Assembly (NCBI GenBank): GCA_963825135.1
Contig: CAWGRW010000009.1
Span: forward strand, 928,001 to 992,000
From: an uncultured bacterium
GTDB taxonomy: Bacteria > Desulfobacterota_D > UBA1144 > Nemesobacterales > UBA2774
DNA length: 64,000 bases
Reading direction: 5' to 3'
The notes beneath the pieces are model-generated. The model had not been told where the DNA came from and ran no database searches. It saw only the letters and a list, made by a program, of their open reading frames with translations. Position numbers and translations under genes: made by a program. This document shows positions 9,460 through 19,125 of this stretch, in pieces. Positions within the stretch are counted from its first letter, which is position 1. Each line of letters opens with the position of its first letter.

Positions 9460-10269
9460 TTATACCCATCCGAGCTTTGTCTGAAGGAGTTTCTTTATAC
9501 CTTCATAGAGCTCGTTATTAAGAGGAAGCGGGGCCTCTCCCAATTGGGATAGAAGAACGGATCCGGCAAGTGAGTTCGTCAGAAAGGCAAAACTTGAGCC
9601 GACCATATGTTCGGGTTGATACCCCCCCTCCTCCGTCCTTAAACCCAATTCATGAATGAATTGTATTAGCAGAGCGCGCACGATCCCCGGCAGGATGCCT
9701 GACCCGATGGATGGAGTATATAGAATATTATTCTTCGCCCAGAATATATTTCCCGAAGTGGCCTCGGTAATCTCCCCCCTTTCGTTAAGAAACACGGACT
9801 CGTTATATCCCGATCGGTCAGCCTCCCTCCTGGCTACCACATTCTCCAGGTAATTCAGGGATTTAATGCTTTGAATTGGGGATTCCGAGCTCCGTTTATA
9901 GGGATAGACGGATGCTTTTACCGGCTCTTTACGCACCGCATAATCCCTGATGAGTATCGCTATGTCCCCCTTTGCAGGAATATCGTAATAATTCAGGCTC
10001 CCGTCCGAAAGGACGCATATCTTTACGTAAGCGTCTGACAGCCCCGAATCGATTACCGCTTTTTTCACAAGCTCGATCATCGATTCCTTATCTATTAACG
10101 GGATTTGAAGCAGCCGTGCGCCAGCCTTCATGCGCTCATAATGCATGTCGAAAAATAGCGGCATGCGGTTGTTATACCGAAAGGTTTCGAAGAAGCCTTC
10201 GCCAAAGAAAAGCGCCCGGAGCGGAATCTCCGTCGGGGCCCTATCGCCGTTTATAAACACCTGTTCCAA
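9460..10269 (-). CDS. pabC: aminotransferase class IV, probable aminodeoxychorismate lyase
   Basis: GEGFFETFR, IKSLNYLEN, EATSGNIF, ILPGIVR; directly downstream of a pabB-like gene. Confidence 0.75.
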   Translation of the reverse strand: MEQVFINGDRAPTEIPLRALFFGEGFFETFRYNNRMPLFFDMHYERMKAGARLLQIPLIDKESMIELVKKAVIDSGLSDAYVKICVLSDGSLNYYDIPAKGDIAILIRDYAVRKEPVKASVYPYKRSSESPIQSIKSLNYLENVVARREADRSGYNESVFLNERGEITEATSGNIFWAKNNILYTPSIGSGILPGIVRALLIQFIHELGLRTEEGGYQPEHMVGSSFAFLTNSLAGSVLLSQLGEAPLPLNNELYEGIKKLLQTKLGWV

Positions 10270-10311
10270 AACAATATTTCCTTTATATATTCACTTTATC
10301 AGATGATATTA

Positions 10312-11577
10312 TTACTCGGATATCCCAAGGGCCTTTTTTATTGCCAGCGATTTTAAGACCGTTTCTTCATACTCCTTCTCCGGGTCAGAATCCCATACTA
10401 TTCCCCCTCCCACCCAGAACGAGGCCTTTAGGGAATCGGTTATCAGCAATCTTATCCCTACGCTCAGTGTGAAGTCCCCGCCCGGGAAAAATATGCCCAC
10501 CGCCCCGCAATACGGCCCCCTGTAATGGGGCTCAAGCTCGTCGATTACCTCAAGCACCCTTCTCTTAGGCGCGCCGGTAACTGAACCGGGCGGGAAGGTA
10601 TTCCTGATGATCCTGGCAGTCCCTATATCATTTACAAGACGTCCCTCGACCTCGGATACAAGCTGATGGAGGGTGTTGTAGGTTTCCACGTCAAAGAGTC
10701 TTGTAACCTTCACTGAGCCGACCTTGCAGATTCTCGAGAGGTCGTTCCGCATGAGATCGACGATCATCAGGTTTTCCGCCCTCTCCTTCTCACTGCTGAC
10801 GAGCTTCGCTTTCTTGATTATGTCAGCCTCCCGAGTCACCCCCCTTTCCGAGGTCCCCTTTATCGGCCTCGTCGTCAGCGCTTCCCCGTTCCTCCTCAGA
10901 AACAGCTCCATCGAGCCGCTTGAAAGCTGGAAATCCCCGAAATCGATATAACAGCCAAACGGCACTTGTTGCACGTGGAACATTCGCAGGAAGCATTCTA
11001 TAGGAGAGAGCCCATAGCCCACTGTAAAGCGCTGTGAAAGGTTCACCTGATACACGTCGCCCTGTTTAATATACTCTTTTGCGCGCTCGACCATATTTAA
11101 GTATTCATCCCTGCTCATATTCGAATTCAACGCGCCTCTCGTATCATCGACAGGCCCCGGAAAACCGTCTGTGCCTGTAACGCCGGCATTGAATTTAAAT
11201 CTCGAATCGTCGGGAGGATAAGTGATCATGTCCTCTTCGCGGAAAAGAAGAAAGTAGATGTCCGGCAATCGGTCGCCATCCTTAGCTTTGTCGGGGACAA
11301 ACCCTGAATCGGCGAACCTCGAGTATTCGTATCCGATATACCCCACCGCGATGTAACCTTCCGCAACCAATCCTTCTAGAACTGTGAGCGGGTCGCGGTT
11401 CGTACTCACCGTATCACCGCCGATACTCTTAGTTACTAGCCCATCCCGGTTATGAAAAAATCCCCTCGGCTGCGCAAAACGGATGATCGAGCCATTCGTG
11501 TCGCTAGTCCCGGACCAGCCTCCGCCAGAATCCATAAATAGACACGAGCACCTGTCGGCGTTATACATGAGTATCAA
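10312..11577 (-). CDS. pabB: aminodeoxychorismate synthase component I (chorismate-binding enzyme)
   Basis: GDVYQVNLSQ, PIKGT, KERAENLMIVDLMRNDL, FPPGSVTGAPK. Exact start uncertain. Confidence 0.82.
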   Translation of the reverse strand: MILMYNADRCSCLFMDSGGGWSGTSDTNGSIIRFAQPRGFFHNRDGLVTKSIGGDTVSTNRDPLTVLEGLVAEGYIAVGYIGYEYSRFADSGFVPDKAKDGDRLPDIYFLLFREEDMITYPPDDSRFKFNAGVTGTDGFPGPVDDTRGALNSNMSRDEYLNMVERAKEYIKQGDVYQVNLSQRFTVGYGLSPIECFLRMFHVQQVPFGCYIDFGDFQLSSGSMELFLRRNGEALTTRPIKGTSERGVTREADIIKKAKLVSSEKERAENLMIVDLMRNDLSRICKVGSVKVTRLFDVETYNTLHQLVSEVEGRLVNDIGTARIIRNTFPPGSVTGAPKRRVLEVIDELEPHYRGPYCGAVGIFFPGGDFTLSVGIRLLITDSLKASFWVGGGIVWDSDPEKEYEETVLKSLAIKKALGISE

Positions 11578-11726
11578 TTTTAACGGTATTAAATGAACTT
11601 ATAAACAGGAAGGACAAATCACATGGCTCGACCTCGGTTTTAGCGGCCCTGAGGATATTATAATACTATATTTCTGTAATCAGTAATTTTATTGGCCGGT
11701 TCACTGACCGCTGCTGCGCCCCGGGC

Positions 11727-13724
11727 TCAAGCCTTGGTCTCGGCCTCGACCGACTCTCTCAGAAGCACGGATATATCCTTGATCTCAATCTTGTCATTGC
11801 CCGCGTGTTTGGACGCGTCCTCGAACATCGTGTCGCAGAAGTAGCAGGCCACGGCAAGCGTATCGGGCTTTTTCGATTCCACCTCCTCGAACCTGTTCCA
11901 GTTAACCCTGGGCGCGTCCTCCTCCATCCATATCTTTCCACCGCCTGCGCCGCAACAGAAACTCTTCTCACGCCTCCGGTCAAGCTCTATAAGTCTCAGT
12001 CCCGGTATAGATTGCAAGAGCTCCCTCGGCTCGTCGAATACCCTGTTGTACCTGCCCAGATAACAGGGGTCATGATATGCGACTCCCTGGTTTATCTCCT
12101 TCGTCGGCTTGAGCCTCCCCTGCTTTACGAGATCGTTCAATAGCTGTGTATGGTTTATCACCTCGTAATTTCCGCCGAACTGCGGGTATTCGTTTTTTAT
12201 CGTATTGAAACAATGGGGACAATTTGCGATCACCTTCTTGACCTTTAGCTCGTTTAACGTTTCGATGTTCTGCGTCGCGAGCATCTGATAAAGCGCCTCC
12301 TCCCCGAGCCTTCTGGCCGGGTCCCCCGTGCATCTTTCCATAGGCCCGAGTACGGCAAAGCTCACACCGGCCTGGGTAAGGAGACTTACCACGGATTGGG
12401 CGATCTTCTGGCCCCTCGGGTCGTACCCCCCGTAACAGCCCATCCAGTAGATATAATCGAAAGCGGAAGCGTCTTCGATTCCGTTCTCGCCTATTACGTT
12501 CACTCCTTCGTACCCCGAGATCCATTTGGCGCGGTCGCCTTCGGCGAATCCCCAGGGGTTCCCCTGGGTCTGGAGCTTCTGCAGTGTTTTGGCGGCCGCC
12601 CCCGTCAGCCTTCCCTCGAGGGTAAGGAACCGCCTCATTTCCATAATCTTCCCCATCTGGTCTATAAATAGCGGGCACTGCTCGACGCAGGCGTTACAGC
12701 TCGTGCAGGCCCAGAGCTCTTCTTCGGTGATCCATTCAGGGCCCGGTATGGTGGATTCATTACCGTTCACGGAATGGCCGTTCAAAAGCGCTTTCCCTTC
12801 GCTCGAAGCATAGTGCCTGAGCTTTACCACTATCTCCCTGGGCGAGAGGGGTTTCTCGGTATGCCACGCGGGGCAATTATCAGTACACCTTCCGCATTCC
12901 GTGCACGTATAGGCATCGAGCAGGTCCTTCCACGTAAAATCCTGTATCTTTCCCGCTCCGAAGTGGTCTACGTCCTCAGGCACGTTTTCGAAATCTATCG
13001 GATTAAGCGCGCCTCTCGGCTTAAGGCTCTGGAAGAATACGTTCGGTATGGCGGTAAATACGTGGCTGTGCTTGGAATAGGGCAGGTAATTCAGGAATCC
13101 GAGTACTATTAGGACATGGAACCACCAGAAAAATTCATGGGAATACATGAGCCCGGAATCGCTCATTCCAGAAAAAAACACGCGTGACAGCGTGCTTGAA
13201 ACCGGCAGCCACGCGGCCTCCGCCCTGCCCATCGCCACGTTCGTGGCCACTGCGCCGAGCGCAGTGACCATGAGACCGAATATCAGCCCCAGGATGACTA
13301 CCGCATCGAGCCCGTTTACTTCCCTTCTCCTGGCGATTGTGGTCCTGTTTACTATCCCCATTATTATGGCGATCATGACCAGGGTCTGTGTAATATCCAG
13401 TATGAACTCGTAGACCTTATGAGCCGAGCCTGGGATCAGCTTGAAGCCCGGGAAAACTCCGCCGACTAGTATCTCGATCGTGCCTATGGTGATAATTACG
13501 AACCCCCAGAATATCATGAAGTGCTCAATCCCCGCGAATTTGTAATTAGTTACGAGCCTCTTCTGGCCGAATACGTATATCAGCACCTTTTTTATTCTCT
13601 CCCCGATATTGTCGAACCTGGTCTCGTATTTACCCAAACGAAGTATTCTAAGGAGGTTATAAATGTTATAGAAGAAGAACCCGAAGGCGGCTATTATCAA
13701 AATTGCCATTATGATAGGCTTCAT
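11727..13724 (-). CDS. membrane-bound Fe-S oxidoreductase (FadF/HdrD-like)
   Basis: N-terminal TM helices, two CxxCxxCxxxCP 4Fe-4S motifs, two cysteine-rich CCG domains (YHDPCYLGR, CCGAGGG). Confidence 0.88.
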   Translation of the reverse strand: MKPIIMAILIIAAFGFFFYNIYNLLRILRLGKYETRFDNIGERIKKVLIYVFGQKRLVTNYKFAGIEHFMIFWGFVIITIGTIEILVGGVFPGFKLIPGSAHKVYEFILDITQTLVMIAIIMGIVNRTTIARRREVNGLDAVVILGLIFGLMVTALGAVATNVAMGRAEAAWLPVSSTLSRVFFSGMSDSGLMYSHEFFWWFHVLIVLGFLNYLPYSKHSHVFTAIPNVFFQSLKPRGALNPIDFENVPEDVDHFGAGKIQDFTWKDLLDAYTCTECGRCTDNCPAWHTEKPLSPREIVVKLRHYASSEGKALLNGHSVNGNESTIPGPEWITEEELWACTSCNACVEQCPLFIDQMGKIMEMRRFLTLEGRLTGAAAKTLQKLQTQGNPWGFAEGDRAKWISGYEGVNVIGENGIEDASAFDYIYWMGCYGGYDPRGQKIAQSVVSLLTQAGVSFAVLGPMERCTGDPARRLGEEALYQMLATQNIETLNELKVKKVIANCPHCFNTIKNEYPQFGGNYEVINHTQLLNDLVKQGRLKPTKEINQGVAYHDPCYLGRYNRVFDEPRELLQSIPGLRLIELDRRREKSFCCGAGGGKIWMEEDAPRVNWNRFEEVESKKPDTLAVACYFCDTMFEDASKHAGNDKIEIKDISVLLRESVEAETKA

Positions 13725-14033
13725 AAATTGTCTCCTTAGAATGCGGGCGCCCTGATTACAAGACCGTCTATAAGTATCTTAAGAAAAAGCGTTATGATAG
13801 TCAAGGAATATCCGGCTTTGAACATACCGTCCCGAATTTTTTTAATAATAAAATGAAGGGAATAAAATTGAGCGCGGGGTTAGAACATATTTAATATATC
13901 GAGTATATATTTAATATGTATCCGCCGCCGGTTCCCGCGCGCGAACGGATCCCGCCGCGCCCGCCGTAAATCCGGCGACTGACAAAAAAACGGCCGGCCT
14001 AAGCGTGGAGTCAGGCCCTGAGCCGACAGGGGG

Positions 14034-15209
14034 TCAATTCAGAGTGACAAGAATTGATTTTACATCAGGCTCTTCGGTGATGAGATCGTTGCCGAACTTC
14101 TTAGCCTCGTCTTCGGTGGTAAACTTGCCGACTTTTACCCTGTACCAGGTCCCCTTGCCGGGCAGGTCCACCGTTTCGATGTATGCGGGATATGTTTTTG
14201 ACTTTAGCGACCGCTCCATCTCCCTCGCTATCTCGAGGTCGGGAAAAGAAGCCAGCTGCACGGCGTATTGCCCCTCGCCCGCGACCGTAATCGGCGCACC
14301 GACGGGCTTCCCGGAATTATTACTCCCGGTTTTTATGTCGGCTTTCGTATCCGTATTTTCCGCCTTAACCGTGAGTACCGGCTTTGCTCCCGATTCCGGC
14401 ATCTCCGCCTTCCTGCCGTTGACATTCCGGTCACCAAGGGTCTCAACGTAAACAAACGATTTTTTATTCGCAGTCGGGGGCGCGGTCTTGTCCTTTTTAC
14501 TTGCGATCATGGGCTCAACATTTCTTTCTTCAGTGTTCTTCTTCAGGTAATCGTAATGGGCATAGACCCTGTTTACATATTCTATAGTTTCGTCGTACGG
14601 GGGAATCTTATAGCCGTACTTGATGACGGCGTTCTCACCGGCATTGTACCCCGCAATCGCGAGCGTGGTGTTGTTATTGAACATGGTCATCAGCATGTTG
14701 AAATACTTGACCCCGCCCTCGATGTTCTCAACCGGATCGAACGGGTCGGAAACCCCGATACGCTCGGCAGTCGCCGGCATCAGCTGCATTATGCCCATCG
14801 CTCCCTGAGGGGAGACGGCGCCCGGATTGAAGTTCGACTCCACCTTTATCATAGCCTTGATGAGAAGAGGGTCTATCCCGTACCAGCCCGCCGTGCTGTT
14901 GATATGCTGGTCGAACTTATCGGAATACTTGTATTTATCCAGGTATCCCCTCTGGCTCTTCGGAGTGCCGCGGAAGGTTCCCCACGGGCTGCCTATCTTT
15001 TTGAATCCGCTGCTTTTAGGGTCGATGTTCGTGTAGTACACGACACCGTTTACTTCTTTTTTATAATAATACGGATTAGCCGACGCCTTTTCGGGGAATA
15101 ACGAGACAAATTCGGACAGGGTCAAAAGTGCCAGTACGAGGCTGATGCTATATCTGAGTATCTGGCAGTCGGCTCTTCTCATTCGAGACTCCGGACAGCA
15201 CATCCTCAA
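14034..15209 (-). CDS. lytic transglycosylase (SLT) with C-terminal SPOR domain
   Basis: IKVESNFNPGAVSPQGAMGIMQLMP and AGYNAG SLT motifs; YAVQLASF..WYRVKVG SPOR motif; signal peptide. True start probably ATG 15203 or 15182. Confidence 0.9.
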   Translation of the reverse strand: MRMCCPESRMRRADCQILRYSISLVLALLTLSEFVSLFPEKASANPYYYKKEVNGVVYYTNIDPKSSGFKKIGSPWGTFRGTPKSQRGYLDKYKYSDKFDQHINSTAGWYGIDPLLIKAMIKVESNFNPGAVSPQGAMGIMQLMPATAERIGVSDPFDPVENIEGGVKYFNMLMTMFNNNTTLAIAGYNAGENAVIKYGYKIPPYDETIEYVNRVYAHYDYLKKNTEERNVEPMIASKKDKTAPPTANKKSFVYVETLGDRNVNGRKAEMPESGAKPVLTVKAENTDTKADIKTGSNNSGKPVGAPITVAGEGQYAVQLASFPDLEIAREMERSLKSKTYPAYIETVDLPGKGTWYRVKVGKFTTEDEAKKFGNDLITEEPDVKSILVTLN

Positions 15210-15231
15210 AAAGGCACAACGGGTCTGCCTT
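15208..15231 (-). terminator. intrinsic terminator in the riboswitch expression platform
   Basis: Minus strand AAGGCA-GACCCGTTG-TGCCTT followed by TTT, between aptamer and CDS. Confidence 0.55.
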
Positions 15232-15279
15232 ATTATCTAACGTGAAGAGCGGAATTTAATTACGACCCATCCTCCATCT

Positions 15280-15370
15280 CTTCGGCAACCCGCCGCCATA
15301 GGCTGACCTCGCCCTTAGGCCGTCGGCTTTGCGCCCTATTCTTTCGAATAGTTTGCCTTTTCGATCGGAA
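15280..15370 (-). ncRNA. c-di-GMP-I (GEMM) riboswitch
   Basis: Minus strand GGCAAAC-TATTC-GAAA-GAATAG-GGCGCAAAGCC-GACGGCCTAA...TATGGCGGCGGGTTGCCGA matches the class I consensus, including the GNRA loop and GCAAAG junction. Confidence 0.92.
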
Positions 15371-15395
15371 CTTCTTTTCTCCAAACTCCGAAACA

Positions 15396-15424
15396 AGTGT
15401 ATTACCCTAATTCATTTTTGTCAA
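15396..15424 (-). promoter_or_regulatory. sigma70 promoter for the riboswitch-SLT transcript
   Basis: Minus strand TTGACA (15424-15419), 17 bp, TACACT (15401-15396). Confidence 0.72.
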
Positions 15425-15545
15425 TGAGTTTTATAGGTTATGTGTATAATCTCATGTAACGTGAGATTCAACTTAATATGCAACACGAACAAATGGAACC
15501 GGTTTACAATATTGACATTTTTGTATAAGATGAAACGGCAATGTC

Positions 15546-16286
15546 ATGCTAAGACAACTAAAAAAGCTCTTATTGATGCCGTTTGAGGACTTTCTGTCGG
15601 GGCTGGAACGGTCCCTCGGAGGCTCGGCGCCTTTCAATATCGGTCTTATCGTCGTCTTATTCGTCATCTCATGGTGGATTTACGTGCCGATTCACGAGCT
15701 CTGCCATGCCTTCGGCTGTATCCTGGGCGGAGGCACGGTGACAGAGCTTGAGATAAGTCCCAAATACGGAGGCGCGATATTGGAAAAACTCTTCCCGTTC
15801 GTTACGTCCGGCTCCGATTATGCGGGGCAGTTAACGGGGTTTGACACGGGGGGTAACGACCTCACTTATTTATTGACCGATTTCTTCCCGTTTCTCCTGA
15901 CCATATTCATAGGCGTCCCGCTCCTGAGGTCAGCACCCCTCTCCACCCCTCTCGGCGCGAGCGTCAAACTCGGAATTTCACTGCCGATAGCATTCGCGCC
16001 GTTCATGTCCTTCAGCGGGGATTATTACGAGATGGGATCTATATTGGTCTCCCGGATTGCGGCGTTGTTTTCACCCTCGTTCGATATTAACCGCTTAAGG
16101 AGTGACGACCTGTTCAAGCTCTCGCATGAGCTCTTCTTTTCGGGCGGCAAGTACGGTATCGGCGATATTGCGGGGGTAGCGCTTTCCTTTCTTCTGGGCG
16201 TGGTGCTTATCTACGCAACCTATTTTCTGGGCGCGCTGTGGGGAAGGATATTATTCAATACTGTTAATAAAAACCGCGACTCCTGA
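15546..16286 (+). CDS. membrane protein with HExxH motif (putative intramembrane zinc metalloprotease)
   Basis: Several TM segments, PIHELCHAFG motif and a downstream SGDY motif. Confidence 0.6.
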   Translation: MLRQLKKLLLMPFEDFLSGLERSLGGSAPFNIGLIVVLFVISWWIYVPIHELCHAFGCILGGGTVTELEISPKYGGAILEKLFPFVTSGSDYAGQLTGFDTGGNDLTYLLTDFFPFLLTIFIGVPLLRSAPLSTPLGASVKLGISLPIAFAPFMSFSGDYYEMGSILVSRIAALFSPSFDINRLRSDDLFKLSHELFFSGGKYGIGDIAGVALSFLLGVVLIYATYFLGALWGRILFNTVNKNRDS

Positions 16287-16296
16287 TTGCATAAAC

Positions 16297-16908
16297 TTAC
16301 TTTTTTGCTTTTTTTTGTATCACTTTAACCGGCGATGTGCGGTTTCTGAAGAAGAATAAATACGCGCCTATTAAAAAAGGCTCGAACCTGACTACCATAT
16401 TGTCGATAAAACCCCAGAGGAATTCCCAGAATATCTGAGAGGCGGCCCCGCCTTTTGCGTAGCCCTGCGTTTCCAGCGCAGCAGAGAGCTTCTCCCCTTC
16501 GAGGGAGAACACGAATAGAAAATGAACAGCGACCAAAATCAAAAGCGCCTCCAGATATATCCACTTTCTTTTAATAAAGGGATAAAATGCGGCCATAATA
16601 GCGAACGAAAGAGGTGCGTTAAAAGTGTAGTTCGAGATCGGCACGTCTATCGTCGTCTTTAATATCGTTACGCCGTATTTTTGTGGGATGAATCCGACTG
16701 AAATTATATCCTTGTTCCTCAGAATTGAGACTATATCGACGTCTTTGAACAGGGTGATCGCATGGGAGGCGATTGTCGTAATCGCCATTCCGTAATAGCC
16801 TTTGATGCCCAGCCAGATGATGAGAAAAATAATATATGAGACTACGAATATGAGAGAGGCCTTAAGAAGGACTGACCTAAATAAGGGCTTCTTTTTTTCC
16901 TTGTCCAT
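16297..16908 (-). CDS. exosortase-associated membrane protein
   Basis: Multi-TM protein overlapping the exosortase gene; NYTFNAPLSFA segment. Confidence 0.6.
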   Translation of the reverse strand: MDKEKKKPLFRSVLLKASLIFVVSYIIFLIIWLGIKGYYGMAITTIASHAITLFKDVDIVSILRNKDIISVGFIPQKYGVTILKTTIDVPISNYTFNAPLSFAIMAAFYPFIKRKWIYLEALLILVAVHFLFVFSLEGEKLSAALETQGYAKGGAASQIFWEFLWGFIDNMVVRFEPFLIGAYLFFFRNRTSPVKVIQKKAKK

Positions 16909-17434
16909 GGCTCAGGTAGGTTAGGTAAAGTACGAAAGTCGCAAGCGCCACTGCTATCATTACACCCTGCGCTACATATATGTGTATCAGATCGAACAGG
17001 TCTTTGTGATAGACACCGGCATATGCGAGCGCCACTATCCTTATCAGGTTCAACACCTGGATGACGAGAAACCCCGCTAATATGCCTATCAGTCTGTTCT
17101 TCCACGATGCCGGAAACGTCAGAACAGCAACGGCGTATATCATGACCGCTTCGAGGCCGTTGCAGCCGAATTCGACGTCGAGCGATATGGTAGGAAGGTG
17201 GATTACAGAACCCTTAACGGTGGACGTAACTCCTATAAGGGTCAGGATCTTCGATGTCACATATACTATGGCGTTTGAGTATCCGCCGTTTATATCGACT
17301 ACGTTTTGTACGGGTTTTAATCCGAGCAGTAAAAAAAATGCCCCCATGAGGAGCACGTAAGTCAGGACGAACCTGAGTATGCTTATCGAGCCCGACTGCC
17401 CTTTCCCGGAGGTATCCGTATTTTTATCCGTCAT
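16877..17434 (-). CDS. xrtH: exosortase, probably exosortase H type
   Basis: Catalytic triad context GCNGLEA (Cys), NLIRI (Arg), LIHIY (His) in a small multi-TM protein. Subtype inferred. Confidence 0.72.
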   Translation of the reverse strand: MTDKNTDTSGKGQSGSISILRFVLTYVLLMGAFFLLLGLKPVQNVVDINGGYSNAIVYVTSKILTLIGVTSTVKGSVIHLPTISLDVEFGCNGLEAVMIYAVAVLTFPASWKNRLIGILAGFLVIQVLNLIRIVALAYAGVYHKDLFDLIHIYVAQGVMIAVALATFVLYLTYLSHGQGKKEALI

Positions 17435-17569
17435 CCAGATCTCTTATTGGAATTTTATCCGTAACGAAATCGAATCTTTTTCGCAGGTTTTAAATATACA
17501 TAGTGAACGTATCTTTTTCAAAGGATAAATGCTTCCGTTCATTTCACTCCCCCTGGACAGGAGCGTATA

Positions 17570-18217
17570 TCACATTCCGCAGCAGCCCGCCTTCCCCTCC
17601 TTCAGAATTGCATAACCTTCCCTCATCAGAAATCCCACTATAACGATTCCGGCCGCGGGGTCGGCCCACCATATCCCGAACAGGTAATTAAGCCCGAGTC
17701 CCAGGAGAAGCGCTATCGATAGATAACAGCAAACGAGCGTCTGCTTTGAATCCGCTAGGAGGCTCCTGCTGCCGATCGACTTCCCTATTCTATATTTCAT
17801 AAAGAACAATCCCGGCATGACCGCGAGCGATGCTATCGCTATCATGATTCCGAGCAGGCTCGGCTCCGGGATCTCGCGCAGGATGAGTTTCTTCAGGGAT
17901 TCATAAAGCACATAAACTCCCAGCACGAAGAACGTGTACCCCACGAGTTTAGCCGCTTTTGCCTCTATCCTTTCTTCTTCCTCGTGCGAAAGATTTCCGC
18001 GCTCCCGGAAACGCCATATCATTATCCCCCCCGAAAGCGATTCCACGAAGCTGTCGAGACCGAATCCGACAAGCGCGATGCTCCCCGTGACCGTGCCCGC
18101 GACTACGGATACGACCCCTTCAATAAGATTGTATACGACGGTAAAAACGGATAGATAGAACGCCTTTTTATGCGGCGCGCTGTTTCGGCGGGAAGCGTCA
18201 GTGTCTAAAATATCCAT
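17570..18217 (-). CDS. cation diffusion facilitator family transporter (short form)
   Basis: SIALVGFGLDS, LADSKQT and WWADP motifs; about 6 TMs. Confidence 0.85.
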   Translation of the reverse strand: MDILDTDASRRNSAPHKKAFYLSVFTVVYNLIEGVVSVVAGTVTGSIALVGFGLDSFVESLSGGIMIWRFRERGNLSHEEEERIEAKAAKLVGYTFFVLGVYVLYESLKKLILREIPEPSLLGIMIAIASLAVMPGLFFMKYRIGKSIGSRSLLADSKQTLVCCYLSIALLLGLGLNYLFGIWWADPAAGIVIVGFLMREGYAILKEGKAGCCGM

Positions 18218-18299
18218 AGCTCGATAGATTAAAGATTAACCGATGATCGAATAATTCCGAACGGGTCCGCTCGTACGGCATTTAGTGTACGAGCGCGAA

Positions 18300-18995
18300 T
18301 TACGATTTTATGGGTGATAGCAGGTCATTCTCCATGACGCTGAAGTAACCGTCCTTCCCGACGATGATGTGGTCGAGAACCCGTATATCGAGCGTCGTCG
18401 CTGAGTCCGCTATATCCCGCGTAAGGGCCTTGTCTTCCCTTGAGGGCGTCGGGTTCCCGCTCGGGTGATTATGCACCAGGATGATCCCCGTAGCGTGCCT
18501 GGAGAGGGCTGACTCGATTATGCGCCTCGGATATACCGCCACGTTGTCGACCGTGCCTTCGTGAAGCATCGTATAATCGATCACCTCGTTCTTTACATTC
18601 ATATATATGACCATGAACGCCTCGTTCGTCATCCCCGAGAGCCTGACCCGGACGAATTTCAACACCGATTCAGGCGAAGAAAGAACATCCCCCTTCTTCA
18701 TGTTCTCAGCCAGGTAAGTGCCGTATAGTTCCTTTACCAGACGTATAAGGGCAGCCGACATAGCGCCCACGCCGCTTAATTCTTCGAGCTTCTTTTGATC
18801 CGCATCGAGTACACCGGAGAGTCCGCCGAACTCGCTTATCAGCTTTTTGGCCACGGGCTTCACGTCCCTTCTTGGAATGGAGAAGGTCAGGAGGAGCTCC
18901 AGGAGCTCATAGTCATGCATCCCTTCGGCTCCGGTTTTCTGAAACCTCTCCCTGAGCCTCTTCCTGTGATTCATGTAATGAGGTGCGTCCGGCAT
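18300..18995 (-). CDS. radC: RadC/JAB-domain protein
   Basis: HRKRLRERF, ELLELLL, HNHPSG..PS..D, VLDHIIV. Confidence 0.92.
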   Translation of the reverse strand: MPDAPHYMNHRKRLRERFQKTGAEGMHDYELLELLLTFSIPRRDVKPVAKKLISEFGGLSGVLDADQKKLEELSGVGAMSAALIRLVKELYGTYLAENMKKGDVLSSPESVLKFVRVRLSGMTNEAFMVIYMNVKNEVIDYTMLHEGTVDNVAVYPRRIIESALSRHATGIILVHNHPSGNPTPSREDKALTRDIADSATTLDIRVLDHIIVGKDGYFSVMENDLLSPIKS

Positions 18996-19055
18996 GGCTT
19001 TCGAGAGTTAAATTGTAACCACAAACTGCATTATTTAAAAAGAGACAAACGATAC

Positions 19056-19093
19056 AAAAAAAGGCGGGCTGTCCTTTGAGGGGCAGTCCGCCT
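19056..19093 (-). terminator. intrinsic terminator of groESL
   Basis: GC-rich hairpin 19062-19093 followed by a T7 tract on the minus strand. Confidence 0.8.
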
Positions 19094-19125
19094 GTGAGTT
19101 TTATAAGTTTTTATTCCGTTTTAAA

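Noticed and set aside
13872..13885. GCGCGGGGTTAGAA repeated at 63734-63747
   Set aside because: A few 14-mer coincidences are expected in 64 kb; no further copies or structure seen.
18300..18995. radC as a mobile-element marker
   Set aside because: Full-length chromosomal type among housekeeping genes, with no mobility genes nearby.
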